Assembly (NCBI RefSeq): GCF_016903815.1
Contig: NZ_CP069973.1
Source: Escherichia coli
GTDB lineage: Bacteria; Pseudomonadota; Gammaproteobacteria; Enterobacterales; Enterobacteriaceae
Direction: 5' to 3' (one strand)
DNA: 64,000 nucleotides
The notes under the pieces are model-generated. The model saw only the letters and a list, made by a program, of their open reading frames with translations, had not been told where the DNA came from and made no database searches. A program made the translations under genes and the position numbers. Shown piece by piece: positions 28,629-39,533 of this stretch (position 1 is the first letter of the stretch; the number at the start of each line of letters is the position of its first letter).

Positions 28629-29516
28629 TTAATTAATGTCTAATTCTTTTATTTTGCTCTCTTTGCGTACTGTCAGCGTAGACCCCATTGAAGCGGCGAT
28701 GATAGCGCCGAGCGCCAGCAGCTGTATGGGTGTCAGTGTTTCTCCGAGGAAAATCATCCCGGAAACGGCAGCCAGCGCCGGTTCCATGCTCATCAGCGTA
28801 CCAAATGTCCGTGTTGGCAAACGGGTGAGGGCAATCATTTCCAGCGAATAAGGCAGAGCGGTCGAGAGAATAGCGACCGCCAGACCCAATGGAATAACCG
28901 ACCAGTGCCAGAGTGCTTCACCAGCCTGAAGCGCTCCAATTGGCACGAAAATTAACGCTGCAATCAACGAACCAATTGCCACCGTCGCAGGGCCATGTTC
29001 TGCTCCTGCGCGTTGCCCACTTAAAATGTAAATAGCCCAACAAGCCCCGGCCCCCAGAGCCAGCGCACAGCCGGTTAAATCGACATGGGAAACGTCTTGC
29101 CCCAGCGGTAGCAGGAACCACAGACCAAGAACCGCCAGAACAACCCAGACGAAATCTACCGGGCGACGAGAAGAGAACAGCGCCACCGCCAGTGGTCCGG
29201 TGAACTCCAGCGCCACCGCAATACCCAGCGGTACCGTCTGAATAGAAAGATAAAAAAGATAATTCATCCCCCCCAGCGAAACGCCGTAAAACAACAGCGG
29301 TAACCGTTGCTCTTTGGCAAAGCGCAGTCGCCATGGCTTAAAGAACGCGATGAGGATCAGCGTTCCTAATGCCAGACGCAGCGCAGTGACACCCGGTGCG
29401 CCCACCAGAGGAAAAAGTGACTTAGCTAACGAGGCTCCACCCTGAATAGACGCCATGGCAACGAGCAATATGACTATTGGTAACCAGACCGGCATTTTAC
29501 GTAATGAACCAGGCAT
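28629..29516 (-). CDS. rhtA: threonine/homoserine exporter RhtA (EamA/DMT family)
   Basis: ORF 28629..29528; start placed at MPGSLRKMPVWLPIV (295 aa). Confidence 0.9.
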   Translation of the reverse strand: MPGSLRKMPVWLPIVILLVAMASIQGGASLAKSLFPLVGAPGVTALRLALGTLILIAFFKPWRLRFAKEQRLPLLFYGVSLGGMNYLFYLSIQTVPLGIAVALEFTGPLAVALFSSRRPVDFVWVVLAVLGLWFLLPLGQDVSHVDLTGCALALGAGACWAIYILSGQRAGAEHGPATVAIGSLIAALIFVPIGALQAGEALWHWSVIPLGLAVAILSTALPYSLEMIALTRLPTRTFGTLMSMEPALAAVSGMIFLGETLTPIQLLALGAIIAASMGSTLTVRKESKIKELDIN

Positions 29517-29868
29517 CCTTTCTCCCACAAATATCTAGACTTAAGTAAAGCGTGGAGTGTACTGGATATACCCAATGCTGGTTGAGCATTTGTTGAAAAA
29601 ATTTTCCCCCGTTTTGACTAAAATGCGCCAGGATTGATGGAATCATTAGTCTGGTGATTAGGAATAATCTGGATGAATGACAGGGAAAACATGCGTAATA
29701 CTTACGCAGTTCTCTGAAAAAGTGATTTAAATTTAGATGGATAGCGGTGTATGGAAACGTTCTGTTACATGAAATGGCCCGTTAGACATCACAAATCGCG
29801 AAGAGTTTCCCATTAATTTTTGATATATTTAAAACTTAGGACTTATTTGAATCACATTTGAGGTGGTT

Positions 29869-30384
29869 ATGAAAAAAATTGCATGTCTTTCAGCACTGGC
29901 CGCAGTTCTGGCTTTCACCGCAGGTACTTCCGTAGCTGCGACTTCTACCGTAACTGGCGGTTACGCACAGAGCGACGCTCAGGGCCAAATGAACAAAATG
30001 GGCGGTTTCAACCTGAAATACCGCTATGAAGAAGACAACAGCCCGCTGGGTGTGATCGGTTCTTTCACTTACACCGAGAAAAGCCGTACTGCAAGCTCTG
30101 GTGACTACAACAAAAACCAGTACTACGGCATCACTGCTGGTCCGGCTTACCGCATTAACGACTGGGCAAGCATCTACGGTGTAGTGGGTGTGGGTTATGG
30201 TAAATTCCAGACCACTGAATACCCGACCTACAAACACGACACCAGCGACTACGGTTTCTCCTACGGTGCTGGTCTGCAGTTCAACCCGATGGAAAACGTT
30301 GCTCTGGACTTCTCTTACGAGCAGAGCCGTATTCGTAGCGTTGACGTAGGCACCTGGATTGCCGGTGTTGGTTACCGCTTCTAA
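29869..30384 (+). CDS. ompX: outer membrane protein X
   Basis: 171 aa beginning MKKIACLSALAAVLAFTAGTSVA, ending …AGVGYRF; matches OmpX. Confidence 0.95.
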   Translation: MKKIACLSALAAVLAFTAGTSVAATSTVTGGYAQSDAQGQMNKMGGFNLKYRYEEDNSPLGVIGSFTYTEKSRTASSGDYNKNQYYGITAGPAYRINDWASIYGVVGVGYGKFQTTEYPTYKHDTSDYGFSYGAGLQFNPMENVALDFSYEQSRIRSVDVGTWIAGVGYRF

Positions 30385-30400
30385 TCACTTCGTTGATATA

Positions 30401-30436
30401 AAAAATCCGCCTCTCGGGGCGGATTTTTGTTTTTAA
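30401..30436. terminator. bidirectional rho-independent terminator between ompX and opgE
   Basis: aaaaatccgcc-tctcgg-ggcggattttt hairpin with flanking A and T runs. Confidence 0.75.
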
Positions 30437-32016
30437 GGTTTCGGGTCGAAAATATCGGTTCCGAGATGGTTGTAATCCACCTTCTGTAACTGGAAGTTGG
30501 TGATGTATATCGGCCCGGCTTTCTTCTCAGATATAAACGGGTATTTGATGTTAATTTCCTTCGCTTTAATTCCCGTCCACTGGGAGAAAAAGCCTAAGAA
30601 GTCATTGGCAGAGCGGCGGGCTTTAATCACCCGATGCGCTTTATCGTCGCTCGAAATGACCATAAAAGGCACCTGGAAATTTTGCTGATATTTATCATCA
30701 TGGGCAAGGTATTGCACGTCTTTGCCGCGCTCTTTAAAAGCCAGACCGTGGTCAGAAAAGTAAACCAGCGAGAAGCTGCTGCCGCTGTTGCGTAACTGAT
30801 CGTACAGCTTGCGCAGTAAATCGTCTGTTTGCGTCATGGTATAGAGATAGCACGACGTTTCTTTCGATTGCACAAAGGTTTCGTATTTGCCTTGTGTTCG
30901 GTCGCAGGCCTGCGGATGTGAGCCCATCAGATGTAAAACAATCAGCTGCGGTTGCGAGTGCTCTTGCGCCAGCACTTGAGCGGTCATATCCAGTAACGCT
31001 TCGTCTTTCGTGTTTTTATCTGCTTCAAAATTACCTTCTTTCAGGAAGTACACTTCATCTGCACGTTTGGCGATGCTGGCGATGGCGGTATCGTATTCGC
31101 CGATTTGGCCCTGGTTGGAAAACCACCAGGTCTGGAAGCCCGCGCGATTTGCCAGGGTGACAAAGTTATCCTGAAACTGTGGTTTGCCATCGACTACGCG
31201 ATTGAGCGTTAAGCCAAGCGATTTCTGCGTGGAGCCACTGGCGGCAATGTAGTCAGCAAATATCAAACCGTTAACGCTGCTGGCAAACGGGGTATTGTCC
31301 CAGTGACCGCCAAAGGCACCGAGGGCATCGCGACGCGCGCTTTCACCGATCACCACCACATAGGTCTGATACTTCGGCTTAACGGCAGTGACCGTCCAGG
31401 TATCTTTCATTCCGGACAGTTTTGCCATCCGTTCTTGCTCTTCAATCACCTCGTTATTATTGACGATGACATCCTTAGCAAAACGAAATACCGGATAGCC
31501 AGTATCTTTCAGTTTAAATACGCCACCCCAGGCCAGGTTTTGCACGGGAGCAACAAAAAATGTCGCCACACTGAATACCAGACACAGGCTGTCGAAGGTA
31601 TTCCAGCGCGCTTTTTCATTCTCTTTTTTTCGCCTGATTGCTATTACGCCGAGCGCAAAAATAAATAAGCCGACCAGGTAGCTGTACCACGGAAAAATCG
31701 TCAGGATTTCGGTCGACTCTTCCATATTGGTGGAGTGCAATGCCAGCAATGTATTGAAATTAGGCGCGCCGTAGGCCTGAGCAAAAGGGAAATAACAAGC
31801 CGCCACCAGCGAACTGACACCGACCAGAACTTTTTGTACGCGAGGCAATGTTCGCCATAGCAAAAGCAACATAGCCGTAAACGCAGCGGTGTAGAGCAAA
31901 CTGAAGGGATAACCTAAGCCGAGGTTAATTAATAGCGACTGTAAAAAGTAGAACGCAGTCCACGGGCTAAATACCCGGCTACGGGTAACAAGCGATTCTT
32001 TGAGGGTTAAATTCAT
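30433..32016 (-). CDS. opgE: phosphoethanolamine transferase OpgE (YbiP)
   Basis: 527 aa; N-terminal TM helices plus sulfatase-like periplasmic domain. Confidence 0.88.
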   Translation of the reverse strand: MNLTLKESLVTRSRVFSPWTAFYFLQSLLINLGLGYPFSLLYTAAFTAMLLLLWRTLPRVQKVLVGVSSLVAACYFPFAQAYGAPNFNTLLALHSTNMEESTEILTIFPWYSYLVGLFIFALGVIAIRRKKENEKARWNTFDSLCLVFSVATFFVAPVQNLAWGGVFKLKDTGYPVFRFAKDVIVNNNEVIEEQERMAKLSGMKDTWTVTAVKPKYQTYVVVIGESARRDALGAFGGHWDNTPFASSVNGLIFADYIAASGSTQKSLGLTLNRVVDGKPQFQDNFVTLANRAGFQTWWFSNQGQIGEYDTAIASIAKRADEVYFLKEGNFEADKNTKDEALLDMTAQVLAQEHSQPQLIVLHLMGSHPQACDRTQGKYETFVQSKETSCYLYTMTQTDDLLRKLYDQLRNSGSSFSLVYFSDHGLAFKERGKDVQYLAHDDKYQQNFQVPFMVISSDDKAHRVIKARRSANDFLGFFSQWTGIKAKEINIKYPFISEKKAGPIYITNFQLQKVDYNHLGTDIFDPKP

Positions 32017-32287
32017 ATGCCACTATCGTAACAAACGCCATGTGCTTACCCTGGCGTCAAGGGTCAATACCTGCAAGAGTGCGTGAAGAGGGGAAAGGGG
32101 TCCGCATCCGCGAGCCGCAATATACGCAGGGCTGCAAGAAGATAGAGCGAGCCGCCGTTCAGGTCAACTACTGACGAACAAATCTTTTGCGAAGGAGATT
32201 GCAAATCCGACAAAAAGTGGGGTTTTTCAGACCAAAACGCGTTGTGCCTGCATAAAAGCAGGAGTGAAGCGGCGTACCGCGACGCCG

Positions 32288-32416
32288 CTATTTATCGGAA
32301 GGTTTATCTTGCTGCGGTTTGTTGTTGACCATATCGCACAACATAGAGAGCAGCATTAACCGTACTTTAAAGGGAGAATGACTAAACACGCGCATACACC
32401 TCTTGAACTCATTCAT
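32288..32416 (-). CDS. mntS: small protein MntS (42 aa; lies within the RybA transcript)
   Basis: Minus-strand translation from ATG at 32416 gives MNEFKRCMRVFSHSPFKVRLMLLSMLCDMVNNKPQQDKPSDK, stop at 32288..32290; absent from the supplied ORF track. Confidence 0.85.
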   Translation of the reverse strand: MNEFKRCMRVFSHSPFKVRLMLLSMLCDMVNNKPQQDKPSDK

Positions 32417-32473
32417 AAGACCTCCTGACTTGCTAATCCCGTCGATCCTTGAGGGATGATTGCATTACATACA

Positions 32474-32505
32474 AATATAGCACAGGCTATATTATATAGC
32501 TATTA
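32474..32505. promoter_or_regulatory. MntR operator dyad(s) in the mntS promoter
   Basis: Perfect palindrome aatatagc-acag-gctatatt (32474..32493) followed by a second atatagctat element; resembles the MntR box (…ATAGC-N-GCTAT…). Confidence 0.5.
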
Positions 32506-32601
32506 CTAAAACGTTAATTTTTTGTACCTTCGCAACTCTGGTTTACAATGTGCGCACGAAATGAGAACGCTAGGTATGCGTCACCATAATGAGGAAGCAC
32601 A

Positions 32602-33069
32602 ATGAGTCGTCGCGCAGGTACGCCAACAGCAAAAAAAGTGACGCAGTTAGTGAACGTGGAAGAGCACGTTGAAGGGTTCCGCCAGGTCAGAGAGGCGCAT
32701 AGGCGCGAGCTTATTGATGATTACGTTGAGCTGATTTCTGACTTGATCAGGGAAGTGGGGGAAGCTCGTCAGGTAGACATGGCTGCTCGTTTGGGAGTTT
32801 CGCAACCGACGGTGGCTAAAATGCTTAAGCGACTGGCAACTATGGGGCTGATTGAAATGATCCCCTGGCGTGGCGTGTTTTTAACGGCAGAAGGAGAGAA
32901 GCTGGCGCAGGAAAGCCGCGAGCGACATCAGATAGTCGAAAATTTCTTGTTGGTGTTGGGCGTCAGTCCGGAAATTGCCCGTCGCGACGCGGAAGGCATG
33001 GAGCACCATGTTAGTGAAGAGACGCTGGATGCCTTTCGTTTGTTTACCCAGAAACACGGTGCCAAATGA
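32602..33069 (+). CDS. mntR: manganese-responsive transcriptional regulator MntR (DtxR family)
   Basis: 155 aa with N-terminal HTH and metal-binding region. Confidence 0.92.
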
Positions 33070-34184
33070 GCCTGCCTTTTTTACGCACGCTGCAAGGCGA
33101 TCCTTTTTTTCAGTTATTAATTCTTGTTGGCGTCGGATTAAGTTTTTTTGTTCCCTTTGCACCGAAATCCTGGCCTGCTGCTATCGACTGGCACACCATC
33201 ATCACCTTAAGCGGCCTGATGCTGCTGACTAAAGGTGTGGAGCTAAGCGGTTATTTTGATGTGCTGGGGCGCAAAATGGTGCGCCGCTTTGCTACGGAGC
33301 GTCGGCTGGCGATGTTTATGGTGCTGGCGGCGGCGCTGCTTTCTACCTTTCTGACCAACGATGTCGCGCTGTTTATTGTTGTTCCGCTGACTATCACGCT
33401 AAAAAGACTGTGTGAGATCCCGGTTAATCGGCTGATTATTTTTGAAGCGCTGGCAGTCAACGCTGGTTCGCTACTGACGCCAATTGGCAACCCGCAAAAT
33501 ATTCTTATCTGGGGACGTTCTGGTCTTTCGTTTGCCGGATTTATTGCCCAAATGGCACCACTGGCTGGCGCAATGATGCTGACGCTCCTGCTCCTGTGCT
33601 GGTGTTGTTTCCCTGGAAAGGCGCTGCAATACCATACGGGGGCGCAAACGCCGGAGTGGAAACCGCGGCTGGTGTGGAGTTGTCTGGGGCTGTATATCGT
33701 CTTTCTGACGGCGCTGGAGTTAAAACAAGAGCTGTGGGGACTGGTGATTGTGGCGGCGGGCTTTGCGCTGCTGGCACGTCGCGTGGTGTTGAGTGTGGAC
33801 TGGACGCTGCTGCTGGTGTTTATGGCGATGTTTATCGACGTCCATTTACTGATCCAGCTTCCAGCGTTGCAAGGCGTGTTGGGTAACGTGAGTCATTTAT
33901 CTGAACCCGGGTTATGGTTAACGGCAATCGGTTTATCGCAGGTGATCAGTAACGTGCCGAGTACCATATTGTTGCTGAACTATGTGCCGCCGTCGTTGCT
34001 GCTGGCATGGGCGGTAAACGTGGGGGGCTTTGGTTTATTACCCGGATCGCTGGCAAATTTGATTGCGTTACGGATGGCGAACGATCGCCGTATCTGGTGG
34101 CGTTTCCATCTCTATTCAATACCGATGCTGTTGTGGGCGGCGCTGGTGGGATACGTTTTGTTGGTTATGATCCCGGCCTGGTAG
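33066..34184 (+). CDS. ybiR: inner membrane transporter YbiR (ArsB/NhaD permease superfamily)
   Basis: 372-aa polytopic membrane protein overlapping the mntR stop. Confidence 0.85.
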
Positions 34185-34195
34185 GGTCTGGCAAA

Positions 34196-34230
34196 TAAAA
34201 AAGGCGGATGATGAGTCCGCCTTTGTTTTA
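34196..34230. terminator. bidirectional rho-independent terminator between ybiR and ldtB
   Basis: aaaaaggcgga-tgatgag-tccgcctttgtttt. Confidence 0.7.
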
Positions 34231-34241
34231 CGTTTTGACGA

Positions 34242-35162
34242 TTAATTCAGACGAACCGGCATCCCGGAACGATTTTTGATCGCTTCATCCAGAACAACCT
34301 GATCAACATCTGGCTGACCGGTCACTGTCTGCACGCTCTTCGTCAGGGTAATTGGCACAATTTCCTGACCTTCAAACTGGGCTTCGGTGGTAGACAGCGG
34401 ATTATGGACTTCAATATAACGGCTGCCGTCTGGCTCGGTGGTCGCTTTTACCGGCTCATCAATAAACTGTACGCGGGTACCGACCGGTACTTTCTCGAAC
34501 AGGAATTTGATGTCTTCGTTACGCAGACGCACACAACCATGACTTACACGCAGGCCGATACCGAAGTTGGCGTTGGTGCCATGGATAGCATACAGGCGAC
34601 CGATGTAGAGTGCATACAGCCCCATCGGGTTATCCGGACCAGCCGGAACGACCGCCGGAAGCGGTTCGCCCGCAGCGCGGTACTCTGCGTGCATTTTGGC
34701 GGTCGGCGTCCAGGTCGGGCCTGCTTTCTTACGCTCAACTTTGGTGGTCCAGTTGATAGGCGTGTCTTTGCCTAACTGACCAATGCCGATCGGCAGCACG
34801 ATAACGGTGTTGGTCCCTTTCGGATAGTAATACAGACGCATCTCTGCACTGTTAATGACGATGCCTTCATGAACGGTATCCGGCAGGATCAGCTGCTGCG
34901 GAATGTTCAGTACAGTACCGCCTTTCGGCAGGAAGGTATCCACACCCGGGTTCGCTTCCATCATATTGGAAAGCCCCATCTGGTACTCGGCGGCAAAATA
35001 CTCCAGCGGCTGAGTGTTACCTTCAGGAATGGTGATCACCTGATTCTGACCAACCAGGCGACTCCCGTCGGTTGGCAGAGGATAAGTTACCGCAGAGGCG
35101 GTACTGCAAAAGCCGACAACAGCGAAGGCCGCTGCGAATAATGTTTTCAATTTCATATTCAT
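34242..35162 (-). CDS. ldtB: L,D-transpeptidase LdtB (YbiS)
   Basis: 306 aa with signal peptide and YkuD catalytic motif (RVSHGCVRL). Confidence 0.92.
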
Positions 35163-35380
35163 GTTAAGCGAGATTTTGTGCCTGGCAGGCCATTGGGTTG
35201 AGAATATTAGAGTATTGGAAGCGCATTATAAGTTCATTCCAGCTCACAGTGAAATCAGATGTGTACGAAATCACATTTTTTGCCTTTGGCTTGAGTGTAG
35301 ACCTTAAGCGAGGAGCAGGATCTTCTTTCAGACTTATGGCATAATGCGCGGTTTGTCATATCTCTTTTCAGGATACGCCT

Positions 35381-36976
35381 GTGTTAGTTTCCAGTAACGT
35401 CACCATGCAGTTCGGCAGTAAGCCGTTGTTTGAAAACATTTCCGTCAAATTTGGCGGCGGCAACCGTTACGGCCTGATTGGCGCGAACGGTAGTGGTAAA
35501 TCCACCTTTATGAAGATCCTCGGCGGCGACTTAGAGCCGACGTTGGGTAACGTTTCCCTCGATCCCAACGAGCGCATTGGTAAGCTGCGTCAGGATCAGT
35601 TTGCCTTTGAAGAGTTCACTGTGCTGGATACGGTGATCATGGGGCATAAAGAGTTGTGGGAAGTGAAGCAGGAGCGTGACCGCATCTATGCTTTGCCGGA
35701 AATGAGTGAGGAAGACGGCTATAAAGTGGCCGATCTGGAAGTGAAATACGGCGAAATGGACGGTTACTCTGCGGAAGCTCGCGCCGGTGAACTGTTGCTT
35801 GGCGTGGGAATTCCAGTGGAACAGCACTACGGCCCGATGAGTGAAGTTGCTCCTGGCTGGAAGCTGCGTGTGCTGCTGGCGCAGGCGCTGTTTGCTGATC
35901 CGGACATTCTCCTGCTCGACGAACCGACCAACAACCTCGACATCGACACCATTCGCTGGCTGGAACAGGTGCTGAACGAGCGTGACAGCACCATGATCAT
36001 CATCTCGCACGACCGTCACTTTCTTAACATGGTTTGTACCCACATGGCGGATCTGGATTACGGCGAGCTGCGCGTTTATCCGGGCAACTACGATGAGTAC
36101 ATGACGGCGGCGACCCAGGCGCGTGAACGTCTGCTGGCTGATAACGCCAAGAAGAAGGCGCAGATTGCTGAGCTGCAATCTTTCGTTAGCCGCTTTAGTG
36201 CCAACGCCTCGAAATCTCGCCAGGCAACTTCGCGCGCGCGCCAGATTGATAAAATCAAACTGGAAGAGGTGAAAGCCTCCAGCCGTCAGAACCCGTTCAT
36301 CCGTTTTGAACAGGATAAGAAACTGTTCCGTAACGCGCTGGAAGTGGAAGGTCTGACCAAAGGGTTTGATAACGGTCCGCTGTTTAAAAATCTCAACCTG
36401 CTGCTGGAGGTCGGTGAAAAACTTGCGGTACTGGGTACCAACGGCGTCGGTAAATCAACGCTGCTGAAAACGCTGGTGGGCGCTCTGCAACCGGACAGCG
36501 GCACCGTAAAATGGTCTGAAAACGCACGCATTGGTTACTACGCCCAGGACCATGAATATGAGTTCGAAAATGATCTGACCGTGTTCGAATGGATGAGCCA
36601 GTGGAAGCAGGAAGGCGATGACGAGCAGGCGGTACGCAGCATTCTCGGTCGTTTGCTGTTCAGCCAGGACGACATCAAAAAGCCAGCGAAAGTGCTTTCC
36701 GGTGGAGAAAAAGGGCGGATGCTGTTTGGTAAGTTAATGATGCAGAAGCCGAACATTCTGATCATGGACGAACCGACCAACCACCTGGATATGGAATCCA
36801 TTGAGTCGCTGAACATGGCGCTGGAACTGTATCAGGGCACGCTGATCTTTGTTTCTCACGACCGTGAGTTTGTAAGCTCCCTGGCGACCCGCATTCTGGA
36901 AATCACCCCGGAACGCGTGATCGACTTTAGCGGTAATTACGAAGATTATCTGCGTAGTAAAGGGATCGATGGTTAA
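35381..36976 (+). CDS. ybiT: ABC-F family ATPase YbiT (two nucleotide-binding domains, no membrane domain)
   Basis: 531 aa with two Walker A motifs ([18 protein letters not shown]) and two signature motifs. Confidence 0.92.
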   Translation: MLVSSNVTMQFGSKPLFENISVKFGGGNRYGLIGANGSGKSTFMKILGGDLEPTLGNVSLDPNERIGKLRQDQFAFEEFTVLDTVIMGHKELWEVKQERDRIYALPEMSEEDGYKVADLEVKYGEMDGYSAEARAGELLLGVGIPVEQHYGPMSEVAPGWKLRVLLAQALFADPDILLLDEPTNNLDIDTIRWLEQVLNERDSTMIIISHDRHFLNMVCTHMADLDYGELRVYPGNYDEYMTAATQARERLLADNAKKKAQIAELQSFVSRFSANASKSRQATSRARQIDKIKLEEVKASSRQNPFIRFEQDKKLFRNALEVEGLTKGFDNGPLFKNLNLLLEVGEKLAVLGTNGVGKSTLLKTLVGALQPDSGTVKWSENARIGYYAQDHEYEFENDLTVFEWMSQWKQEGDDEQAVRSILGRLLFSQDDIKKPAKVLSGGEKGRMLFGKLMMQKPNILIMDEPTNHLDMESIESLNMALELYQGTLIFVSHDREFVSSLATRILEITPERVIDFSGNYEDYLRSKGIDG

Positions 36977-37155
36977 TTCCCCGCCGTCTTTCATGCGGCA
37001 GATGCATTGGCTTCACCTGTTCACCCCGGTCACTTACTTATTTAAGCTCCCGGGGTTTACAGGTTTGCTGCCTTCCTGCAGCGTGAAATACTGAGGTAAA
37101 GGATTCGATGGCTGGACCGGGTAAGGCGCAGTCGCCTCCCGGCCCCGGTAATGAT

Positions 37156-39531
37156 TTAACGCATCCATTCACTCCCTTCAACACCATTGACCAGCAGCGT
37201 GCGTTTTTCTTCCACTGGTAATGACACTTTCAGTGCACTCCATGCAGGTCGATAATCCCCGCGCGCGTTGACTTTCAGGTTGATGGTCGCCCCATCGCAA
37301 ACCATTTCCCATTCCACCCAAAGCGCATTACCAGTTTGGTAGCCCCAGCTTTCGCCATCGTCTTCAAACAGCAGGCCGGACGTTGTGCCCACACCTTTCA
37401 GCGGGAACAGTTTCAGTTCGCGGGTATCGTCTTGTTCTGCGCTCACATAGGTGATGCGTTTGCTGAGCGGTAGACCAGCCCCGGCACGCACCATCAGCGG
37501 CAGTTTCTCCAGCGGTGCGTCGAGGGTGATCCACTGACCGCCACTGAACCATTCGCCGTTGTAGAAATCGTACCAGCCAGTTTCGTTATCTGGCAGCCAT
37601 ACACGGCGCTGGCGCTCGCCTTGCTCTACGACGCTGGCAACCAAAATATCGCGACCAAGCAGGAAGTCATCACACTCTTCAAAAGTCTGAACGTCGTGCT
37701 CGTGGTCAAGGAAAGTCGGACGTAGCATTGGTTCATCATCGGCGTATGCCTGCCACATCAGGGTATAAAAGTAGGGCAGCAGGCGATAGCGCAACTCAAT
37801 AGCGCTGCGGATCGCCGGAGTGACGCCCGGATACATCCACGGTTCGTTTACGGTATGGTCATCGTTCCACGAGTGAATCGTAAAGCGCGGATGCATCACG
37901 CCGTTTTGTACCCAGCGTACAAACAGTTCCGGGTCCGGCTTATCACCGGAGAAACCGCCGACGTCGTGACCGAGGTTATACAGCCCGGAGAGGCTCATCC
38001 CCAGACCCATGCGGGTGTTGTAGCGCAGAGTGTCCCAGCTAGTGCGGTTATCGCCGCTCCAGGTCTGCACATAGCGCTGCATTCCCGCGCAGCCGGAGCG
38101 GGAGATCAAGTACGGACGTTTTTCCGGAGCGAAACGTTGCTGGGCTTCCATCGAGGCTCGCATCATCAGCAGTGGCATCACCGGGCGAATATGTTTGATC
38201 GCGATCGTCTGACCAAAGCCGTGACAGCGTGCTTCACCGTCCCATACTTCGAATTCGTTGTTGTCGTTCCAGGTGGAGTCGATACCCATCTCCAGAAGCT
38301 GTGTGGTCACGCCTTCCTGCCACCACTGGATGGTCTGCGGATTAGTAAAGTCGAGGTTAGAACCTTCGTCATCCCAGAAGCTGGAACGTTCTGGTTCATC
38401 TGTTTCTGAATCACGGATGAACAGTCCTCTTTCTGCCACTTCGTTATAGCGTGGGTGATCCTGCAACAGGCACGGCTTGATATTGGCGGCCAAGTGCAAA
38501 CCAGCATTGTGAAATGCCTGGCTCATCACTTTCGGCTGCGGCACTTTGTCGTAATTCCAGTTGAACACATAGCGCTTGCCGTTAATTGAGGTATAACCGG
38601 AAGAGAGCTGGAACGAATCGCAGGGAATCGCATGTTCTTCACACAGGCGGATAAAGTTCATCAACTGATTTTGTGCGTCCGGCGCATCGGTGTAGTGCAT
38701 AGTTGAACCGCTGTAGCCCAGGCTCCATTTCGGTCCGAACAGGGTTTTGCCGGTCAGGCGTACGAAGGCTTTGGTGATATCAAGTACGCGTTCGCCGGTA
38801 AACAGGTAGTAGTCGATATCACCCGCTTCCGCCTGCCAGCGGCGATAGGCGGTGTGGTAGTTGTCGATCTCGTTGCCCAGATCCAGCCAGCAGCTGCTGA
38901 GGTTGTCATAAAACAGGCCGAAGCTAACGTCATCGCGGCGGGTGATGGTGAATGGAATGTGTTTGTACAACGGGTCAGTACTCACGGCGTTGTAGCCCAT
39001 CGCGTCGAGGTTACGCATCTCGTAACGTTTACCGTTGCGTTGCAGGTCGCCGGCTTTATCTCCGAGGCCATAAAAGCGTTCATCTTTACGACGGCTCTGA
39101 TAGTGCGCCACGCCGTCGCCGTGGGCATTCAGCAGATAAGCGCTGGTCGGGCGGTCATTCACCAACGGCAGCCATTCGCCTTCGTTGTTACGATAGTGCC
39201 ACTCCAGCCACAGCGGCTGGTGAACGGTGGCACGCAGTGACTCGGTGGCGATAACCACGGTGTCGTCGTGCTGGATCAATGTCCACGCGGGCAGGCTAAA
39301 GCCGCTGAGATCTTCGCGGCTGCGCCCTTCCCATGGCACATCCTGCGCCGGAGCAATGCTCCAGGTGCGATCCAGCGCCAGCTCGCCTTTGCGTTTTAAC
39401 AGCACGCGGAACAGATTTTCTTCCAGCACGTACAGGCACAGGATATGCTGGCCATCGACCAGCAGTTCAACGTGGTGGGCAGACTGTTTGTGCAGGGTCC
39501 AGTTTTTCAGCGTTTTCATGTTTACATCCAC
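37156..39531 (-). CDS. glycoside hydrolase family 31 enzyme (alpha-glycosidase), substrate unknown
   Basis: 791 aa; GH31 nucleophile region (GIDSTWNDNNEF, like WiDMNE) and acid/base region (GHDVGGF, like GADICGF); translationally coupled to the upstream MFS gene; not in K-12 between ybiT and ybiU as recalled. Confidence 0.75.
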   Translation of the reverse strand: MDVNMKTLKNWTLHKQSAHHVELLVDGQHILCLYVLEENLFRVLLKRKGELALDRTWSIAPAQDVPWEGRSREDLSGFSLPAWTLIQHDDTVVIATESLRATVHQPLWLEWHYRNNEGEWLPLVNDRPTSAYLLNAHGDGVAHYQSRRKDERFYGLGDKAGDLQRNGKRYEMRNLDAMGYNAVSTDPLYKHIPFTITRRDDVSFGLFYDNLSSCWLDLGNEIDNYHTAYRRWQAEAGDIDYYLFTGERVLDITKAFVRLTGKTLFGPKWSLGYSGSTMHYTDAPDAQNQLMNFIRLCEEHAIPCDSFQLSSGYTSINGKRYVFNWNYDKVPQPKVMSQAFHNAGLHLAANIKPCLLQDHPRYNEVAERGLFIRDSETDEPERSSFWDDEGSNLDFTNPQTIQWWQEGVTTQLLEMGIDSTWNDNNEFEVWDGEARCHGFGQTIAIKHIRPVMPLLMMRASMEAQQRFAPEKRPYLISRSGCAGMQRYVQTWSGDNRTSWDTLRYNTRMGLGMSLSGLYNLGHDVGGFSGDKPDPELFVRWVQNGVMHPRFTIHSWNDDHTVNEPWMYPGVTPAIRSAIELRYRLLPYFYTLMWQAYADDEPMLRPTFLDHEHDVQTFEECDDFLLGRDILVASVVEQGERQRRVWLPDNETGWYDFYNGEWFSGGQWITLDAPLEKLPLMVRAGAGLPLSKRITYVSAEQDDTRELKLFPLKGVGTTSGLLFEDDGESWGYQTGNALWVEWEMVCDGATINLKVNARGDYRPAWSALKVSLPVEEKRTLLVNGVEGSEWMR

Positions 39532-39533
39532 TC

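Noticed and set aside
35531-36178. 215-aa ORF on the minus strand
   Set aside because: Antisense within ybiT (an ABC-F ATPase with clear Walker motifs)
36977-37155. Possible sRNA or element in the ybiT-GH31 convergent spacer
   Set aside because: No convincing hairpin-plus-U-tract or conserved motif; most likely just 3' UTRs at the insertion junction
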